Shown in pieces: positions 56,492 to 64,000 of a stretch of DNA of 64,000 nt. Below the pieces are notes generated by a model. That model was given only the letters and a program-made list of their open reading frames with translations. It was not told where the DNA came from and searched no databases. The position numbers and the translations under genes are program-made. Every line of letters begins with the position of its first letter. Within the stretch, counting starts at the first letter, position 1. Origin of the DNA: a virus (lineage: Duplodnaviria > Caudoviricetes). Where the stretch lies: the IMG/VR virus record IMGVR_UViG_3300010355_000588. One strand, given 5' to 3'.

Positions 56492-56773
56492 TTAGTTGTG
56501 GTTGAAATTTTCGCACATTTTAGCAAATGCTGCATCGTTGTGTGCGCAGATATCGTTGGCAATCTTTCCAATCGCTGTGAAAGAATTCACAGCGTCATTC
56601 ATCGACCAGAGCTTAGTAGAAAATCGAGGAAATGTGGCAACCCCGTTGTTCATAAAGGTGATTTTCAGTCTTTGGTTATCTGACGTGTCTCGGTTCTGAC
56701 AACAATCCGGTGGTTGGCTCAAAACCAACTCGTCGACGCAACACTCTTCTGGCAGGTCGAGTTCAATCTTCAT
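56492..56773 (-). CDS. Hypothetical early protein
   Basis: ATGA overlap; SD. Confidence 0.6.
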   Translation of the reverse strand: MKIELDLPEECCVDELVLSQPPDCCQNRDTSDNQRLKITFMNNGVATFPRFSTKLWSMNDAVNSFTAIGKIANDICAHNDAAFAKMCENFNHN

Positions 56774-57090
56774 TTGGACGCCTCCTTCTCAGATGGGATA
56801 TGAGCAATTTTATTACGAGCTTCTTTCTCAGTAAGTAGCATATATGCGTTGCGTTCGGCGAATTTCTTAATAGATTTAGATACAGAATACATCAATGGAA
56901 CCTTAGTTTCTTTGGTGACATTGATAGCTACACATTCAAGCCTCCGATTTTTTTCGTTCCACATGCATGGCATATACAAGCAGCTATGCTCATCGTGTTT
57001 GTTGACGACAATGGCCAGACCACTTTCATAAATCCGTTTTACGATGTAACGGTCACCCGAGATGATAGAATAACCTTTTTCAGTCTTCAT
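56770..57090 (-). CDS. Hypothetical early protein
   Basis: Start at MKTEK with SD GAGGAG. Confidence 0.6.
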   Translation of the reverse strand: MKTEKGYSIISGDRYIVKRIYESGLAIVVNKHDEHSCLYMPCMWNEKNRRLECVAINVTKETKVPLMYSVSKSIKKFAERNAYMLLTEKEARNKIAHIPSEKEASK

Positions 57091-57121
57091 CTTCGATCTC
57101 CTCTTCGTTGGTTTCATCTTC

Positions 57122-57342
57122 TTAATCCAGATCGAGATCAGCTTCTTCGAGTATTTCTTCGACGCCATTTGCTTCGTAGATATCGACGAAGCGAGCAGCT
57201 AACTGATACAGATCAGCAAGCCCGCCACGTTCGTAGCTGCTAAGCTTCTTGATGGAATCAGGCGTGAGTTCATAGAGTTTGTCAACACAATAAGAAAGAT
57301 CAGATGCAGTGTTTTCAAACATACAGAGTCCATGTTAGACAT
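57122..57342 (-). CDS. Small acidic early protein, apparent 1-bp deletion near its 5' end
   Basis: SD-preceded ATG 57342 (MSNMD) is one base out of frame with (C)MFENTASDLSYC. Confidence 0.5.
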
Positions 57343-57359
57343 CGTGAATCTCCTTTAGT

Positions 57360-57758
57360 TTACTTCTTTGCAAATCCGATTTGAAAAATAAGACAGAATT
57401 TTTCTAAGAGTTCATAGATCTTGGCAAACATTTCCCTCCTGGAATATGCGCAAGAACTTGAATCAAAATCTACCATTTCCTTAGCATATTTGTAAATCTG
57501 ATATGCGTTTGGATGAACATTAAGACCTAGATACACCATGACATCTCCAGCAAACTTCTTTTCGAGATCACCAGATCTTTCAGCAAATTCTTTCTTTCGT
57601 TTGCTATATTCGTCAAGTTCTTTCTGATAGGCGTCGAGAATTTCAGCATATGCCCTAATAGCATTCGGATTTTGCATTTCAGCCGAGGTCAGATAAGTTG
57701 GACGAATAGGTTTTTTTGGAAGTGATAATTCCTTCACCACATATTCATCAAAGTTCAT
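57360..57758 (-). CDS. Hypothetical early protein
   Basis: First gene after an early promoter; SD AAGGGG. Confidence 0.65.
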   Translation of the reverse strand: MNFDEYVVKELSLPKKPIRPTYLTSAEMQNPNAIRAYAEILDAYQKELDEYSKRKKEFAERSGDLEKKFAGDVMVYLGLNVHPNAYQIYKYAKEMVDFDSSSCAYSRREMFAKIYELLEKFCLIFQIGFAKK

Positions 57759-57781
57759 TTTTCAATCCCCTTTAGTTGTTT

Positions 57782-57821
57782 CAGTATAGTATATAATACA
57801 ACAAGAACTTGATTTTATCAA
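57782..57821 (-). promoter_or_regulatory. Early sigma70 promoter cassette
   Basis: TTGATA-17 bp-TATTAT-ATACTATACTG. Confidence 0.8.
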
Positions 57822-57823
57822 CA

Positions 57824-57861
57824 GGTTTGGCGGAAAAACAGAGGATATTTTCCGCCAAACC
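57824..57861. terminator. 14-bp stem-loop directly upstream of an early promoter
   Basis: GGTTTGGCGGAAAA ... TTTTCCGCCAAACC. Confidence 0.7.
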
Positions 57862-57872
57862 CGACGTTCAGA

Positions 57873-58262
57873 TCACCGGCTACGGGTTTTGAATGGCTGA
57901 ATCCCGGCGCATTCCAGGCGATCCCGGACGTAGGAGTCCCGACTCCAGTTGGATTTGATGATGGCGAGTTCATGGATTTCATCAATAGCGCGCTTCTGCC
58001 AGCCTGCCATAATCATTAGCGAGGTCAGACGGAACTGTTCCTTGTCATAGTCAATAAGTTCAGCATTGTCCAGGAGTCCTTTCATCCGGCTGAGACAGAT
58101 TTCACGATCCATGAGGTTGGTCTTTTCATCCACGGAGAGCGCCTCATATTCCTTCTTGAGTTCGCTGTCGTTGGAGATTCTGGATTCGTAGTTGCTGACG
58201 GTGTCACGTTGGTCACGGTTGAGGTTTTCCTTGAAGTCGCTGCGGTAGTGTTTCGTAGCCAT
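57873..58262 (-). CDS. GC-rich hypothetical early protein
   Basis: Own promoter, SD AAGGAG; visibly higher GC than its neighbours. Confidence 0.7.
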   Translation of the reverse strand: MATKHYRSDFKENLNRDQRDTVSNYESRISNDSELKKEYEALSVDEKTNLMDREICLSRMKGLLDNAELIDYDKEQFRLTSLMIMAGWQKRAIDEIHELAIIKSNWSRDSYVRDRLECAGIQPFKTRSR

Positions 58263-58288
58263 CTGAGTAATCTCCTTTATTGGTTTTT

Positions 58289-58326
58289 AGTATAGTATAT
58301 AATACAATCGAAAAGAGGTTTGTCAA
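58289..58326 (-). promoter_or_regulatory. Early sigma70 promoter cassette
   Basis: TTGACA...TGTATTATATACTATAC. Confidence 0.8.
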
Positions 58327-58835
58327 CAGGATTTCTCAATCAATTCCATAATATTCACGCCATTCTTCCTGTCTTCTTCAGTCAACCCACATTCGTCGAG
58401 ATCGCCTTGAAGACCAGTAGCCGATCCATAGATGCCAGTAACGTTGCCACTGATCTTGGTCACGCTTCCAGTAAGACGAAAGATCTTTCCATAGATATTG
58501 GATACGTCGCCATAAATCTTAGACACGTTGCCTTCAAGCCCGGTCACGTCGCCATAGATATTGGTAGTATTTCCACAAATATTCGTCACGTCACCACAAA
58601 GTTCTGAAACATGACCACGAATATTCGTAATGTCTCCGCTAATTTTAGACACGTTTCCACGAATATCCGTCACCATTCCACGAATGTTGGTTACGTCGCC
58701 ACGGATTCTAGACATGATTCCACTAAGATTGGTAGTATCTCCACTGATATTCGTTTTGTCACCAAAAAGCTTCAAATTTTTAGAGACGTTCGATTTCGAA
58801 AAGAGGAATTCTTTCAAGATTTTTTTCATTTTCAA
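58323..58835 (-). CDS. Heptapeptide-repeat (G[DN]V[ST]xI[RSY]) solenoid protein
   Basis: About 17 tandem 7-aa repeats. Confidence 0.75.
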   Translation of the reverse strand: MKMKKILKEFLFSKSNVSKNLKLFGDKTNISGDTTNLSGIMSRIRGDVTNIRGMVTDIRGNVSKISGDITNIRGHVSELCGDVTNICGNTTNIYGDVTGLEGNVSKIYGDVSNIYGKIFRLTGSVTKISGNVTGIYGSATGLQGDLDECGLTEEDRKNGVNIMELIEKSC

Positions 58836-58851
58836 TATCCTTCAGTATTTT

Positions 58852-58891
58852 CAGTATAATATATAGTACAACAGGTATTCGGTTTTGTCAA
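58852..58891 (-). promoter_or_regulatory. Early sigma70 promoter cassette
   Basis: Near-identical to 36671..36710. Confidence 0.85.
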
Positions 58892-59133
58892 CAGGCCTTG
58901 GAGGTTTTGTTTGAAATCTTATATGCCGGTGACTTTCCGAGATGAGTAGTGGCGTGGATGAGAGTTCCAACATGGGCGATGGAACTATTGATAGTGTTGT
59001 TGGCAGAGACATATGGTTGAGCAATACAGCTGCTGATACATTCGTCAGTGGTCCAATCAATTGAAAGAAGCAATTCTTGAGCCTTAGATAGAAGTTTGAT
59101 TGCCTTTTTGAGTTTCGTGGTGCTGTCATTCAT
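58888..59133 (-). CDS. Small early hypothetical protein
   Basis: Own promoter, SD AAGGAG. Confidence 0.6.
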   Translation of the reverse strand: MNDSTTKLKKAIKLLSKAQELLLSIDWTTDECISSCIAQPYVSANNTINSSIAHVGTLIHATTHLGKSPAYKISNKTSKAC

Positions 59134-59157
59134 TTTTCAATCTCCTTTGGTTGTTTC

Positions 59158-59203
59158 GGTATAGTATATAATACAACCAAAAGGAGGTTTTGTCAACCCT
59201 CCT
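59158..59203 (-). promoter_or_regulatory. Early promoter with -35 inside a terminator hairpin
   Basis: AGGAGG-GTTGACAAAA-CCTCCT-TTT...TGTATTATATACTATAC. Confidence 0.8.
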
Positions 59204-59507
59204 GTGAATCTTTTTCCCCTTTTTTATTCTTTGGTTTGCTGATGTATTTGATGAAGCCGCTGTTCTGTCTAGGCACCATCTTGTACATCCACTTGTAGAT
59301 CTGGATCGGCGTCAGCTTCGATTGGAACTTCTCGACAATCATCGAATAGACCACTAAGCTGTCGCGCATGGATAGATATCGAGCGAGCATGTAGCTACTA
59401 AAGATCTTCTCAAACTCAGGGTTCTCGTGGAGAGTACCACCTGAATTCTTCTGAAGGATATCTGAGAGGATGGTGAAGAAGTTAAAGTTTGACTTTTCTT
59501 TGGTCAT
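59193..59507 (-). CDS. Clamp loader small subunit (gp62-like)
   Basis: F.ILSDI, FSSYMLARYLSM, QIYKWM...VPR...FIKY. Confidence 0.65.
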   Translation of the reverse strand: MTKEKSNFNFFTILSDILQKNSGGTLHENPEFEKIFSSYMLARYLSMRDSLVVYSMIVEKFQSKLTPIQIYKWMYKMVPRQNSGFIKYISKPKNKKGEKDSQEG

Positions 59508-59553
59508 CTATGTCTTTCCATATAGATAGGTTTTATTCAATATAACTCAAAGA

Positions 59554-59805
59554 TCAGAACATGTTGTTATTCAACCACTTCAAGATTATTTCTTCATCCA
59601 CTTCACCACGGCTTTCCACGTTCAATGACACTGAATTGCCATAGCATGCCACGCTATTCTTACCTTCTTCTACGTTCATTGAACAGAATCCCGCTGAGAT
59701 GACGTTAGAACTACAACCAATCAAGTCATGGCTAATGACTGGATGGAATAGAATCGGCAGTTCGGAACCTTGGACCTGCATGATAATATATTTGTGTTTA
59801 GCCAT
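59554..59805 (-). CDS. Hypothetical early protein
   Basis: KYII...PILF...H...SAGFC...CYG.S.SL...SR...D pattern. Confidence 0.65.
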   Translation of the reverse strand: MAKHKYIIMQVQGSELPILFHPVISHDLIGCSSNVISAGFCSMNVEEGKNSVACYGNSVSLNVESRGEVDEEIILKWLNNNMF

Positions 59806-59807
59806 GC

Positions 59808-60302
59808 TTAAACATCTCCATTTGAAGATTTCTTTCTGATTACGTATTCTTCCCGACATTCGGCAATTCTTCTTCCAATCAGATCACGGATATCCTTGTC
59901 TTCGGAATCAGAATCCACTAGAAAGAAGTGTCCATTCTTCGCCAGAATATTGTTGCTGAACACCATATCGCCATCTTGAATGAAGTCAACCACTCGTTCC
60001 CAACCCTCTGGTGTTTTTCTTTTGGCTACTTCATTGAGCTCATCATAGGTCTTGTCATAATCAGCATCTAAACAATCAGAGCACCTATGGACGTTCCGCC
60101 AACTACGGTCAGTGCCAATTTTCAACCCAAACAAACAGATGTCTTTCTCATAGACAGTTTCTTCAAGATTTTTCTCGAACAGAACACAATAAGGCTTTTG
60201 ATAATTCAAAAATCTACATTTGACCCCTTTTTCAATATCAGTACAAGTACAACCTCTAATGGTGTAGATTCCTTTTTGAATTACAACATAAGACATCATC
60301 AA
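59808..60302 (-). CDS. Cys-rich hypothetical early protein
   Basis: First gene after an early promoter. Confidence 0.6.
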   Translation of the reverse strand: MMMSYVVIQKGIYTIRGCTCTDIEKGVKCRFLNYQKPYCVLFEKNLEETVYEKDICLFGLKIGTDRSWRNVHRCSDCLDADYDKTYDELNEVAKRKTPEGWERVVDFIQDGDMVFSNNILAKNGHFFLVDSDSEDKDIRDLIGRRIAECREEYVIRKKSSNGDV

Positions 60303-60318
60303 TCTCCTTTAGTTATTT

Positions 60319-60358
60319 CAGTATAGTATATAATACAATAAGAACTCAATTTTGTCAA
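60319..60358 (-). promoter_or_regulatory. Early sigma70 promoter cassette
   Basis: TTGACA-17 bp-TATTAT-ATACTATACTG. Confidence 0.85.
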
Positions 60359-60378
60359 TTGGCTATCTGTAAAAATAC

Positions 60379-60386
60379 TATAAATA
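60379..60386 (+). promoter_or_regulatory. Late promoter TATAAATA
   Basis: Exact match. Confidence 0.75.
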
Positions 60387-60420
60387 ATTCTAAATATTTC
60401 CACATAGTAAAGGTATTCTA

Positions 60421-62130
60421 ATGCTTTTGACAATAGAATCAGACAAGATATCTACGCCTCTTTCTGGTCACTCCCTAAGAAAATATCTGTTTACCGAGAA
60501 CCGTGACAAACTGAGCATATGCTTTCCTTCTTCTTACCGGGTGGTTTTGAATGATAATGGCGATACCTCTAACACCATAATTACTATCGATCTTCCCAAA
60601 GGCCAATATAACTCATCTTTTGCTGAAGTCGAAGAATGGACACCCTCTGCCAATTATCGAGATCCAAATCAATCCACCTTCAGGGTCTTGGAGAAGTTCG
60701 TCTTCGAAGGTGACGACATTTCGTCTGACTTCGTCTCAGCAGATATTATCGTCGATAAGTCTGACGCCCTATGGGAAATTGTTCAGCCACTCCCGAAGGG
60801 CTTCCACTACCAACGCGACGAGAATGGCGATCTAATCTTTATCTACTACCGGGATAAGTATGGCGTCGATATGACCTATGGCGAGTTGTCTTCTAGCTTT
60901 CCAGAGCTGACTGCAGCTTCCCACAAAGACGCCTTGATAAAGAATTACGCAATAGCTGATTCATCAAAAGCTTTTCAGTTGCTCACATTATCCGGAGAGA
61001 CGACTGGATCTATCCAGGAAGATTTTGAGCGCCTCTGTTATTATAGTACATCCGGTACCGTTCAGGGTGAAGATGGACAGCATATATGGACGGTTGAAGA
61101 ACATGCGCCAGAGAATGGCGTGAGAAACTTTATTCAATATGGGAACTACATATTCAAGTTATCTCAAGAGACCTTCAAGCGAAACCAACACACTGTCAAT
61201 ACGAATACCCTTGCCCAAAGTGGCGACGAATATTTGATACCACCTTCATCTGAAAGCTTCCAGTTCGAGAACGACATTGTGACCTATTATCCAGAAAGTA
61301 GATATTCAGAATATCCAGATCTATCTGCCACGATGAGAATATCTCCGAACAATCGAATGGAGAATACTAACTTTGACTTCTTTAGACGCCAGGTGTGCTT
61401 TGGAATCTATGACGACTTCTTGGAAGAGGTCAAGGTCTTCGTCAAGAGTAGGACTGACGCCATTGACGAGAAGCATGTCTGGCCTGTATCTAGTCTAGTC
61501 TACCAATATGTGGATGGCATTCCAGGGAACTATATGATTCAATACCAGGACGACGATCCAGGTGCCACCTCTGGTAGATATCTGACTGACTATAACTTCA
61601 AACTGAAGAACTTCTATGACACCGAGTTCGACACCCCGACAGACGAACAGAGGGCTTTGGCAGCAGCTAGGAATTATCTGAACCTCGGAAACTCTCAGGG
61701 CTATATCTGGTTGTCATACAAGGTAGCCAGGGACTACGATTATGTCGGAGAGCCCCGTTCAGAATTCGATTCCCCTCGCTATTTCGGTACTTATTCTCCA
61801 GAAGACACCTATTCTTTGGATAGATCAGATTTTGTGATAGATCCAACGCAGAAATTTGAATTTGTCGAGTCAGTCAATGGATTCTACAAATATAGTGGAT
61901 TCAATAAGCATAAATCCAATATTTTCTCAATTAGAATAAATAATTATGGTATGGATTCTATTAGCGGAGACTTTACGCTCATCGATAATGATGGATCTGA
62001 AGTAGTTCGCCTCACTGAAGTAGAAGTAAAACAGAAATTGAAATCTCTCGTAGAAGACCAATTCCGTGAGATGATAGATAAGATCAAACCGGGGCATACT
62101 GAATTATGGAAGATCATCTGGAACAACTGA
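60421..62130 (+). CDS. Late acidic protein, probably virion/baseplate
   Basis: Late promoter; C-terminal 'IDKIKPGHTEL' resembles ends of baseplate wedge proteins. Confidence 0.5.
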   Translation: MLLTIESDKISTPLSGHSLRKYLFTENRDKLSICFPSSYRVVLNDNGDTSNTIITIDLPKGQYNSSFAEVEEWTPSANYRDPNQSTFRVLEKFVFEGDDISSDFVSADIIVDKSDALWEIVQPLPKGFHYQRDENGDLIFIYYRDKYGVDMTYGELSSSFPELTAASHKDALIKNYAIADSSKAFQLLTLSGETTGSIQEDFERLCYYSTSGTVQGEDGQHIWTVEEHAPENGVRNFIQYGNYIFKLSQETFKRNQHTVNTNTLAQSGDEYLIPPSSESFQFENDIVTYYPESRYSEYPDLSATMRISPNNRMENTNFDFFRRQVCFGIYDDFLEEVKVFVKSRTDAIDEKHVWPVSSLVYQYVDGIPGNYMIQYQDDDPGATSGRYLTDYNFKLKNFYDTEFDTPTDEQRALAAARNYLNLGNSQGYIWLSYKVARDYDYVGEPRSEFDSPRYFGTYSPEDTYSLDRSDFVIDPTQKFEFVESVNGFYKYSGFNKHKSNIFSIRINNYGMDSISGDFTLIDNDGSEVVRLTEVEVKQKLKSLVEDQFREMIDKIKPGHTELWKIIWNN

Positions 62131-62576
62131 CAAAAACAAACCATGGTTTATGCGATTCTCAAGGCTCCCATTATGACTGCTATAAGAAAGACGTCATTGC
62201 TTCTATGTGTTCAGAGGTTGCTTCTTTTAAGCAACTTAGGGTAGAGTGCATGAACGATCGGCGAGAACGCTTCATGAAGATCGACGAAAGACTGAACAAT
62301 CTAGAACGTGGATGGACGACAAAGGCCCGCGACGTCGATAAGAAGATTGAAGAAATCTCCAATACAGCAGCAGAATATACAAGTGAGATAAAATCGCTTA
62401 TGGAGACCAAAGAGAAGATCCAGACGCTATTCTGGAAGATTATCTTTATAGTGGTCACTTTCATCGTAACTGGATTTTGCGCCAAATACATAATCTTGTC
62501 TGATAAGCCAATCAACATTGATGCTAGACAATTCATCGAAGAGACACAATCAGTTAACTTTGGGGGAAAAAAATGA
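62106..62576 (+). CDS. Coiled-coil + single TM protein (holin-like candidate)
   Basis: IDERLNNLE coiled coil then LFWKIIFIVVTFIVTGFC. Confidence 0.5.
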   Translation: MEDHLEQLTKTNHGLCDSQGSHYDCYKKDVIASMCSEVASFKQLRVECMNDRRERFMKIDERLNNLERGWTTKARDVDKKIEEISNTAAEYTSEIKSLMETKEKIQTLFWKIIFIVVTFIVTGFCAKYIILSDKPINIDARQFIEETQSVNFGGKK

Positions 62577-63091
62577 AAACAAAATCAAAAATAGAAAGGG
62601 TCATGATTCTAGACTACGACAGAACCATTAGAAAGCAGAATTCTGATCTTTTGCTTCGTTATTGTGGAATAGAACATTCTAACATTCAAGAATTAGACAA
62701 TCCGAATATCGCATATGATCTAATTCTAAAGAATGGCTTCGACCTACTGGTGACAGAATTGGATTTCTATATCAGTGAGCATCTAAATGGAAACAATATA
62801 CTCAGGGTAGCTTATAGTTCAGGAAAGAAAGTAATAATCGCGTCGCATTATTCAGAAGCCAAAATTCTAACCATATTGAAATACGCCATCCCTAAAGAAT
62901 ATTGGCGTCATAATGTCCAATGGCTGACCAAACCTTATCTTCCATCAGATTTCGTAGCTTCTTTCAAGGAAGTTAACCATTTTGATAATCAGATTGATCC
63001 ATCAGATATCTGTAGAAAGAATCTAGAAGACATTCGAAGAATGAAGAAGAACTCGATCTTTACCAGGTTTCCGATTCTCTCTATCTTTTAG
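62573..63091 (+). CDS. CheY-like (pseudo)receiver domain protein
   Basis: VMILDYD, FDLLVTE, NG..IL, VIIAS, LTKPY. Confidence 0.7.
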   Translation: MKTKSKIERVMILDYDRTIRKQNSDLLLRYCGIEHSNIQELDNPNIAYDLILKNGFDLLVTELDFYISEHLNGNNILRVAYSSGKKVIIASHYSEAKILTILKYAIPKEYWRHNVQWLTKPYLPSDFVASFKEVNHFDNQIDPSDICRKNLEDIRRMKKNSIFTRFPILSIF

Positions 63092-63957
63092 TAACCACGA
63101 AGAGACAGACGCTTCTTCTTTTCGTCATCGGTCACCTTCTTCTTGCCATCCCCAAAGGCTTTCTCAAGATCCCGGATAGCCTTCACTAATTTGTAGCACC
63201 CTTGAGGTTCTACGCTTGCCATTTGGTCGCTACCCCATAGATTTTTGTCTAACGTGATATGTCGCTCGACGTAGGTAGCTCCCAAATATATGGAAGCTAT
63301 CGAAGTAGCTAATCCATACTCATGGCCACTATAACCAAGCGAAATTCCTTCAATTCCATCGAAAGCAAGCTGCATCGCACAGATGTAGGAAAGATTCAGA
63401 TCTCCTACTGGAGCCGGATACGACGAGTTGCAGTGGAACAGTGTAACTGGCTTGACGATGGGCATGATGGAATCTACAGCTTTGAACAGCTCATCTTCGG
63501 TGCTCATTCCATTGCTAAGCATCAGATGGTCGAAGTTCTGGTAGCAATGCTTGATTAGCTCGATATCTGTCAGCAGGGCGCTTGGAATCTTTATCCACTT
63601 TGGATTAAATCTCTTCATGAATCTGGCACTCTCCAAATCCCAAACCGAGGCGCTCCAGTCGATGTCCAGATCCTTACAGTAGTCAGCTATGATGGAATAT
63701 TCTGGAAAACCAAATTCAATATCTTCCTTATATTGGAAATATGTCGTCATGTTCTTTCTCCAAGGTACTTCCTTTGGCTTGTCCTTCTGGTGTTCTGGTA
63801 CGCAGATAGATGGCTCTCGCTTTTGGAATTTGACCGCGTCAAAGCCACTCTGCTTGGCCATATAGATCAGATCGAGCGCGTTCTTTAGAAATCCGTCCTT
63901 CCTTGGACCATGCGCGAAGTTAATTCCAATTTCTGCTATGACATATGTCTTTTTCAT
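63088..63957 (-). CDS. neuB: N-acetylneuraminate synthase family protein (short form)
   Basis: IAEIGIN, AVKFQKR, KIPSA, HCNSSYPA, GYSGHE, ERHITLD, GSDQ.AS.EP. Confidence 0.9.
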   Translation of the reverse strand: MKKTYVIAEIGINFAHGPRKDGFLKNALDLIYMAKQSGFDAVKFQKREPSICVPEHQKDKPKEVPWRKNMTTYFQYKEDIEFGFPEYSIIADYCKDLDIDWSASVWDLESARFMKRFNPKWIKIPSALLTDIELIKHCYQNFDHLMLSNGMSTEDELFKAVDSIMPIVKPVTLFHCNSSYPAPVGDLNLSYICAMQLAFDGIEGISLGYSGHEYGLATSIASIYLGATYVERHITLDKNLWGSDQMASVEPQGCYKLVKAIRDLEKAFGDGKKKVTDDEKKKRLSLRGY

Positions 63958-64000
63958 ATTTCAGCATATTTCCAAATTGAAAGAGTTTTGTCCAATCCAA

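Noticed and set aside
57782-60358. CRISPR-like or attC-like array
   Set aside because: The repeats are degenerate sigma70 promoters separated by whole genes; no cas gene or integrase in the window
1-64000. Full TAG recoding (code 15)
   Set aside because: Structural genes are intact under code 11 and some TAGs are true ends (52877 matches paralog length; 34575 and 63091 abut convergent genes). Only partial read-through remains possible.

Overview
A 64 kb piece of a large T4-like (gp23-type) myophage genome, read with the standard genetic code. It holds most of the virion module: gp5-like spike, hub and baseplate genes, tape measure, tail tube, sheath, neck gp13/gp14, gp15, gp3, gp4, both terminase subunits, portal, prohead protease, scaffold and major capsid protein. 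It also carries UvsW, UvsY, a DinG-like helicase, a gp62-like clamp-loader subunit, a sigma70-family factor, LamG adhesins, NeuB and CapA-family genes, four homing-endonuclease-like genes, and blocks of small early genes behind repeated sigma70 promoters. Main points: (1) More than 20 late genes share an N-terminal 'MKF..K....LLE' leader resembling the T4 capsid-targeting sequence. They include a translationally coupled operon encoding a Pol-beta nucleotidyltransferase, a KxDG ligase-like enzyme, an Arr-like ADP-ribosyltransferase and a HIGH nucleotidyltransferase, which is a candidate virion-packaged, injected enzyme system. (2) An unannotated -1 frameshift joins the gp26-like gene to a gp51-like frame just before the tape measure gene. 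(3) Several accessory genes carry in-frame stop codons. (4) Three nuclease-plus-GNAT-like genes are present, one bracketed by a 22-bp direct repeat. (5) Early-promoter cassettes are fused to terminators. No tRNA, rRNA or CRISPR array was seen. All functional calls come from reading motifs by eye; no database searches were run.
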